Both the position numbers and the translations under genes were made by a program. The notes below the pieces were generated by a model that was not told where the DNA came from, did no database searches, and saw nothing but the letters and a program-made list of their open reading frames with translations. From an uncultured archaeon (GTDB lineage Archaea; Thermoplasmatota; Poseidoniia; MGIII; CAYLMJ01): a DNA stretch of 37,194 bases. Position 1 is the stretch's first letter; each line of letters starts with the position of its first letter. The stretch lies in assembly GCA_964434315.1 (NCBI GenBank), contig CAYSUX010000002.1, positions 1 to 37,194 on the forward strand, given 5' to 3'. Of this stretch, positions 32,568-37,194 are shown in pieces.

Positions 32568-33857
32568 TCACTTTCCGGGAACCCAACGGTAACGCAGGGC
32601 GTCCAGGATGACCCGCCTGATGACCTTGCCCTTGCGCAGGCCCCCGGGGGTGATACCCAGGAAGAGATCGGCGAACATGGTCTGCAATTGTTGGTCCTTT
32701 GTGCCATAGTAGACCAGTAGCTCGGGCCAGCGGATGGCGGCCCAGGCAAAGAAGGCCAGGTCCTTGAACTCCCGGTGGAACTCGCCACGCCAGGCCCGTT
32801 CGTAGGGCGCCAGAGTCTCGGCTGATGTGTTTCCAGCCTCAAGGGCCGCGACAGCGGTCTCCACCGCCAGCAATCCCGAGCGCATACTGTAGAAGATACC
32901 TTCACCGGACAGGGGCGAGACCAGACCGGCGGCGTCGCCCACCAGCATCAGGCCATCGGTGTATGACCGTTTGATGGGGCCGGCCAGGGGCAATGGGGCG
33001 CCCTTGTGTTCGCATACCGGCAGATCTTCGGGATAGAAGCCCTCCCGTCGCAAGAGCTCCACATAGCGGCCGAAGGTATCCTTGACGGACATGGTCCTGA
33101 TATCCCGGTTGTAACTGCCGAAGCCGATGTTCAGGGTGTCGGCCTTGGGGAAGACCCAGGCATAGCCGTCCATGTTCTCGGGTTTGAAATGAACCAGCAG
33201 TTTGTGTTCCCCATCGTAGGCCTGCTCGATGAACTCGGGTCCCACATCGACCTCCCACATGACCGCGGTGCCCATCTGCCGATCGTTCCAGGCCGGGATG
33301 CCCAGTTTCTTGCGCAAATAACGGGCGGAAAGGGCCATCGGTCCTTCGGCTCCGATGATGAGTCTGGCCTTGATATCGGCCTTGCCGTCGGGACCCCTGA
33401 CCCCCACGGTCGTCATCGGTCCTTCGGGATCGGCAACGCCACCGGCACCGGCACCGATACCCCTGCCGACAGAGTCCACCTTCACCGACGTGACCCGGGT
33501 CTGTTCATAAAGCCGGGCACCCTCGCCGACAGCCGCCTTGACCAGGGCGTGATCGAACTCCCGGCGGCGGATGTTGGATGGTCTGTTCTGCCCGAAGTGG
33601 TGGTTCACCATCCAACGGCCGCTGGGGGAATAGAGATTCACCCGGTCCGAGGTACACTCCACCACCTTGCGGATATGCTCCTCCAGGCCTGGCAGGCTGG
33701 TGAAGGTCCTGGGGGTCAGGAGGCCGCCGCAGGCCTTGTCCCTGGGGAAGGTGGCCTTGTCCAGCAGGGCTACCTTTAGGCCCGCCCTGGCACCGTAGAA
33801 GGCGGTGGCGGCTCCGGCGGGACCGGCTCCGCAGACTGCTAGGTCGAAAACGGTCAA
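32568..33857 (-). CDS. geranylgeranyl reductase family FAD-dependent oxidoreductase
   Basis: FDLAVCGAGPAGAATAFYGARAGLKVALLDKATFPRDKACGG and the LVGDAAGLVSPLSGEGI motifs. TTG start. Confidence 0.85.
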   Translation of the reverse strand: MTVFDLAVCGAGPAGAATAFYGARAGLKVALLDKATFPRDKACGGLLTPRTFTSLPGLEEHIRKVVECTSDRVNLYSPSGRWMVNHHFGQNRPSNIRRREFDHALVKAAVGEGARLYEQTRVTSVKVDSVGRGIGAGAGGVADPEGPMTTVGVRGPDGKADIKARLIIGAEGPMALSARYLRKKLGIPAWNDRQMGTAVMWEVDVGPEFIEQAYDGEHKLLVHFKPENMDGYAWVFPKADTLNIGFGSYNRDIRTMSVKDTFGRYVELLRREGFYPEDLPVCEHKGAPLPLAGPIKRSYTDGLMLVGDAAGLVSPLSGEGIFYSMRSGLLAVETAVAALEAGNTSAETLAPYERAWRGEFHREFKDLAFFAWAAIRWPELLVYYGTKDQQLQTMFADLFLGITPGGLRKGKVIRRVILDALRYRWVPGK

Positions 33858-34054
33858 GAAAATCGGGGGTTCACTGGGACTGCTCTATTTGGCACTTTGG
33901 TCGGCTGTCGGCTACCAACTATCTTTCCAGCGTTGAATGTCCCCTTTGCGGCGCGCTTCCTATGCTTCCTGTGTCTCCGACTCAGCGGCCAGGGGGTCCA
34001 GGTCCATACCAGGGCCAGAGCCTCGGGCTGGCACCTCCTGCTCGGTATCATTCT

Positions 34055-34078
34055 CCTTCCTTCCTTCCTTCCTTCCTT
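34055..34078. repeat. tetranucleotide microsatellite (CCTT)x6
   Basis: Read directly. It lies inside an 840-bp non-coding stretch. Confidence 0.9.
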
Positions 34079-34695
34079 CTCCAGGGATATCCACGGGATC
34101 GATGCCACCCCCCGGCCCAGGCCATCATCGCCCACCCGGACCGCCATATCCCTGCCCCCCGGCACCGGCTCAGCCACGGGCATATAAATCTTCTGCCTGG
34201 GAACTTCACATCGGTTATATCGAACCGGAGGTTCATGGTCTATGGTCCCGAACCTGGGTCTGCGTAGCCCAGCGGACTTCCATAAGCCTATCACACCCGA
34301 CCAGAGGAGGTATTGCCAAACCCGAATCCCGGTCTCGTTCACCCATCCCCATGAAGACCGGGTTTGCCTCTGTGACCATTTGGGCAACAGGGAGATGAGT
34401 CCCCGTGCCCGGTCGCGTAACCATACAGGGGCATCGCAGGTGTGGCGGTCGGCAAAAACTCATCAAGGGTTGGGTAAGCTCAGCGCCGATGTCGAGGAAA
34501 TGGCGTTCTTCGATGGTGCCGGGCTGCCCCTCCCACCGACTTTTTGTTGTTATAGGCCTGTTTGGTAGATTTCTTCCAATGAGTAGCCACACCGGGGCCG
34601 TCGAGGTTGGGAATCACAGACACGAGTTCCAATGGCCTCCATGCTAACCTTGGCCTGCAAAGGCGATCCATTACACTTACACGGCCCATCACAAC

Positions 34696-35061
34696 CTAAT
34701 CTTCCGCTACCGCTTCCGTCGCCCCGGCCACCCAATCGGCATAGGGTTGGTGGACTCCCTGCCATGGCAACACGACCATACAGGGGCAGTCATAGGAATG
34801 GCGGGCGGCGATGAATGCCATCAAGCGGTCGGTCAGCCCGGCGCGGGTCTTGAACAGGATGGCCACCTCGGGCTCCTGGCACAGCTTCCCCTCCCAACGA
34901 TAGACCGAATCGATGGCAATGATGTTGGCGCAGGCGGTCAGGCTTGCCTCGACCGCGGCTTTGGACAGGGTCCCCGCTTCTTCCCTGGATGAGGCGGTGA
35001 CATAGAGGGTGGCGAACTGTGAGGCAGGCGTGGGAAAAGAGGGGGTTGATGACATGGGCAT
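34696..35061 (-). CDS. cutA: divalent-cation tolerance protein CutA
   Basis: ATLYVTASSREEAGTLSKAAVEASLTACANI, SVYRWEGKL..EPEVAILFKT, HSYDCPCMVVLP. Confidence 0.85.
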   Translation of the reverse strand: MPMSSTPSFPTPASQFATLYVTASSREEAGTLSKAAVEASLTACANIIAIDSVYRWEGKLCQEPEVAILFKTRAGLTDRLMAFIAARHSYDCPCMVVLPWQGVHQPYADWVAGATEAVAED

Positions 35062-35443
35062 AACCCAGTATTGAGGGAGGTAGCTTTTAAGTGGGAGAGG
35101 TACCGAACATCAGACTGTCTACCCCGGCGTTCCGGTCCATGCGTATGGAGTTCTTCTCCATCGACACCTCCCGGCGGGCCACGGCCTGTGCCTGACATTG
35201 ATGCCCGAGGATTACCCGGAGCCTCTGGTCAACCCCCATCTGCTGGTGGACGGGGATGAGACCCCATCCTCTCGCCACCGGGCATCGTCTGTGACGGCAA
35301 CAGGGTATTCGAGTCGCCGGAATGGAACTCCAAATAAGGGCAACCCCAAATAGGGGGAGCCAGCCACCGATTTTTACAATCTCTCCCCAAACGGTCTGTG
35401 AGTGCTCTGTGAACTATGTGTTCCTGTGGAGGAAACCGATAGT

Positions 35444-35809
35444 TCAACAGAACTTGTACATCACGCCTTGACTCGCCTTCGGGTATTTCCACGTCAGGGC
35501 GCCCTCGGGACAGACGATGAGGCAGCTACCGCACTCCAGGCAGCCCTCGAAGTCCACCTTGACATTTCCCTCACCATCCAGGGTGTAGAGGTTTGCCGGG
35601 CAGATGTGAAGGCAGGGCTTGAGACTACACCGCTCCCGGCAGGCCGTCTGATCGATCTCGATGTGCGACTCCTTGTCCAGTTTGAAGACGTTCCAGCCCA
35701 GCTTTGCCTCTATCTTCATGGGCCCATTGGCAGGGGCGTCTGAGGAGGCGGGCTTGGAGGAGGCATCGGAAGCAGGGGCGGGCTCGGCTGAAGCGGGCGT
35801 TTCGCTCAT
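35444..35809 (-). CDS. fixX: ferredoxin-like protein FixX with a ~30-aa Ser/Ala/Pro-rich N-terminal extension
   Basis: CLHICPANLYTLDGEGNVKVDFEGCLECGSCLIVCP. Its ATG overlaps the fixC stop (ATGA). Confidence 0.85.
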   Translation of the reverse strand: MSETPASAEPAPASDASSKPASSDAPANGPMKIEAKLGWNVFKLDKESHIEIDQTACRERCSLKPCLHICPANLYTLDGEGNVKVDFEGCLECGSCLIVCPEGALTWKYPKASQGVMYKFC

Positions 35810-37095
35810 ACCCTCACCATCCTGAACAGGTCGGGCCAGTTGCGGGGATTCAGCCCCATGAACATCATGGTCTTTATCATCGGCCACGCAAGCCTGGGTT
35901 TGGCTCCGGAACCAACCGCCATCATATCCTCCATCATCTTGACCCCCAGCTCCGGGTACTCCGAGTACATCTTGGGGCCGGCCAGTAGCTTCGGGAAGTT
36001 CTTGAAGGTCTTCATGTCCTTCCAGATCATATGGCTCTTTAGCCGGGTCTCGTAGGCTGCCAGAGCCCCGGCCGAGTGGTTCTCGGCCTTGCCGCAATCC
36101 AGCAGGGTCTGACCCGCCAGCACTCCTGACACAAGGGCCAGATCCATACCTCTGACAATAAGCCCCAGACTCAACGAGAGCCCGGCGGCGTCTCCAGCCA
36201 GCATGAAGCCGTCCCTGACCAGATTCCCGGGGACGCCATGGATACCGCCCTCCAGGATGGCGTGGGCTCCGTACTCCAGGGGCTGGGTGTCTTTCAGCAA
36301 CGGGGCTATCTCGGGTCGAGTCTTGAACTTCTCGAAGATCTCGTGGGGCGTGATGGTCGGTTGACGGTGGGTCAATGGGTCCAGGTTCAGTACCATGCCC
36401 AGGGCCAGGCTCTCCTTGTTGGTGTAGAGGAATCCTCCTCCTGGCATACCCCTGGTCAGTTGACCGAAGTAGAGCTGGGCCAATCCCTGACCATCGAGCA
36501 GGCCGAAGCGCTCCTCGACGCGCGAGGCGTCCAGACCGTGAACCTCCTTGAAGCCCACGGCATAGTGGTGGGGGTCCCGTTTCAGCAGGCCGGCCTGCTC
36601 GCCCAGGAACGACAGGGCGCCGTCGGCGGCCACCACGGTATCGGCACCGATGGGGTCGTCGGCCGCCGAGATGCCGATAACCCGGTTATCCTTGAACAGC
36701 AGCTCATCCACCTTGTAGCCGGGAACGATCATGGCCCCGGCCTGGGTGGCCTTGTCGGCCAGCCACTGGTCGAACGTGCCCCGGATGAGGGTGTGGCTCT
36801 CGTACTCGGGAGTGGCCAGCTTGTCGCTTCGCAGCTCCATCATGGTCGAGCCTTCGGCTCCCATGGCGCAGAACCGCTCCTTGACGACCTGACGCTCGAA
36901 GGGCGCGCCCTCCAGCAGCTCACCGCACAGGGAGCGAACCGGTCCCAGGTAGAGGCGGCCTCCGGTGACGTTCTTTGAACCGGGATAGTCCCCGCGCTCG
37001 ACGACCATCACCTCGGCCCCGCCTTTGGCCAGGGTCCAGGCGGTAGCCAGGCCAGCCAGTCCGGCTCCCACCACGATGTACTGGACCTTCTCCAT
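35806..37095 (-). CDS. fixC: FAD-dependent ETF-quinone oxidoreductase FixC
   Basis: YIVVGAGLAGLATAWTLAKGGAEVMVVERGDYPGSKNVTGGRLY and MLAGDAAGL. The start is placed at ATG 37095; an in-frame GTG at 37104 is also possible. Confidence 0.9.
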   Translation of the reverse strand: MEKVQYIVVGAGLAGLATAWTLAKGGAEVMVVERGDYPGSKNVTGGRLYLGPVRSLCGELLEGAPFERQVVKERFCAMGAEGSTMMELRSDKLATPEYESHTLIRGTFDQWLADKATQAGAMIVPGYKVDELLFKDNRVIGISAADDPIGADTVVAADGALSFLGEQAGLLKRDPHHYAVGFKEVHGLDASRVEERFGLLDGQGLAQLYFGQLTRGMPGGGFLYTNKESLALGMVLNLDPLTHRQPTITPHEIFEKFKTRPEIAPLLKDTQPLEYGAHAILEGGIHGVPGNLVRDGFMLAGDAAGLSLSLGLIVRGMDLALVSGVLAGQTLLDCGKAENHSAGALAAYETRLKSHMIWKDMKTFKNFPKLLAGPKMYSEYPELGVKMMEDMMAVGSGAKPRLAWPMIKTMMFMGLNPRNWPDLFRMVRV

Positions 37096-37130
37096 GGGTC
37101 CCACTCACTCTATCTTGATCTACAGTGGTC

Positions 37131-37194
37131 CTACTCGATGTCCTTGTAGGGAATGACCACATTGCCGATGAACTCGCGCCCGATGATAAGCTTC
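37131..37194 (-). CDS. 3' end of an upstream ORF truncated by the window edge (...KLIIGREFIGNVVIPYKDIE-stop). Operon context only suggests an ETF subunit (FixB).
   Basis: Open frame running to the window edge with a TAG at 37131-37133, 26 nt upstream of fixC. The sequence is too short for a family call. Confidence 0.35.
   Translation of the reverse strand, partial: KLIIGREFIGNVVIPYKDIE

Noticed and set aside
34215-34380. RNase P RNA-like words on the minus strand (GGAAGUCCGC, CCAUAG, ACAGAGGCAAACCCGGUCUUCAU)
   Set aside because: The universal GAGGAAAGUCC is not intact. The CR-V-like word precedes the CR-I-like word. No complementary P4 strand was found.
33854-34592. ORFs 33854-34387(-), 33937-34398(+) and 34233-34592(-)
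   Set aside because: They mutually overlap, are W/R/P-rich, run through a (CCTT)n tract, and show no motifs.

Overview
Archaeal chromosomal segment, roughly 58-60% GC by eye. The gene content looks euryarchaeote-like: an L7Ae-S28e-L24e-NDK cluster, L10e, an archaeosortase-family protein, geranylgeranyl reductase, archaeal-type PurQ, and FixC-FixX. Most of the window is housekeeping or metabolic genes on both strands (ugd, coaBC, C-N hydrolase, Tag glycosylase, ATL, MFS and RND/MMPL transporters, PduO-type adenosyltransferase, creatininase-family hydrolase, CutA, DUF89 phosphatase). Several of these carry low-complexity inserts. Five accessory or unusual elements stand out. (1) A ~2-kb AT-rich island (about 2990-5010) encodes a zinc-ribbon-HEPN (TIGR02391/Ymh-type) protein and a GxxExxY PD-(D/E)XK nuclease. 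Each gene is bracketed by arrays of a 9-bp unit, CAC(G/A)GATT(T/A), that form inverted repeats and hairpins. (2) An insertion scar sits at the coaBC / C-N hydrolase junction. Three successive copies of the hydrolase 5' end flank a DUF5678-like plus retropepsin-like protease gene pair. (3) A perfect (CCAT)14 tract lies directly after an ATG and in frame with the DUF89 gene, which is the layout of a phase-variation switch. (4) Gene-fragment duplications (a purQ fragment) and diverged direct repeats lie in long non-coding stretches. (5) Several long non-coding regions have no credible ORFs: 22460-23100 (GC-rich, structured), 27590-28480 (AT-rich, with a 14-bp perfect inverted repeat and a tRNA-like palindrome), and 33858-34695. 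Short tandem repeats are conspicuously frequent in intergenic and promoter regions. I found no rRNA, no CRISPR array, and no sequence that folds into a convincing tRNA cloverleaf. All family assignments are motif-level recognition from the translated ORFs, not database searches.
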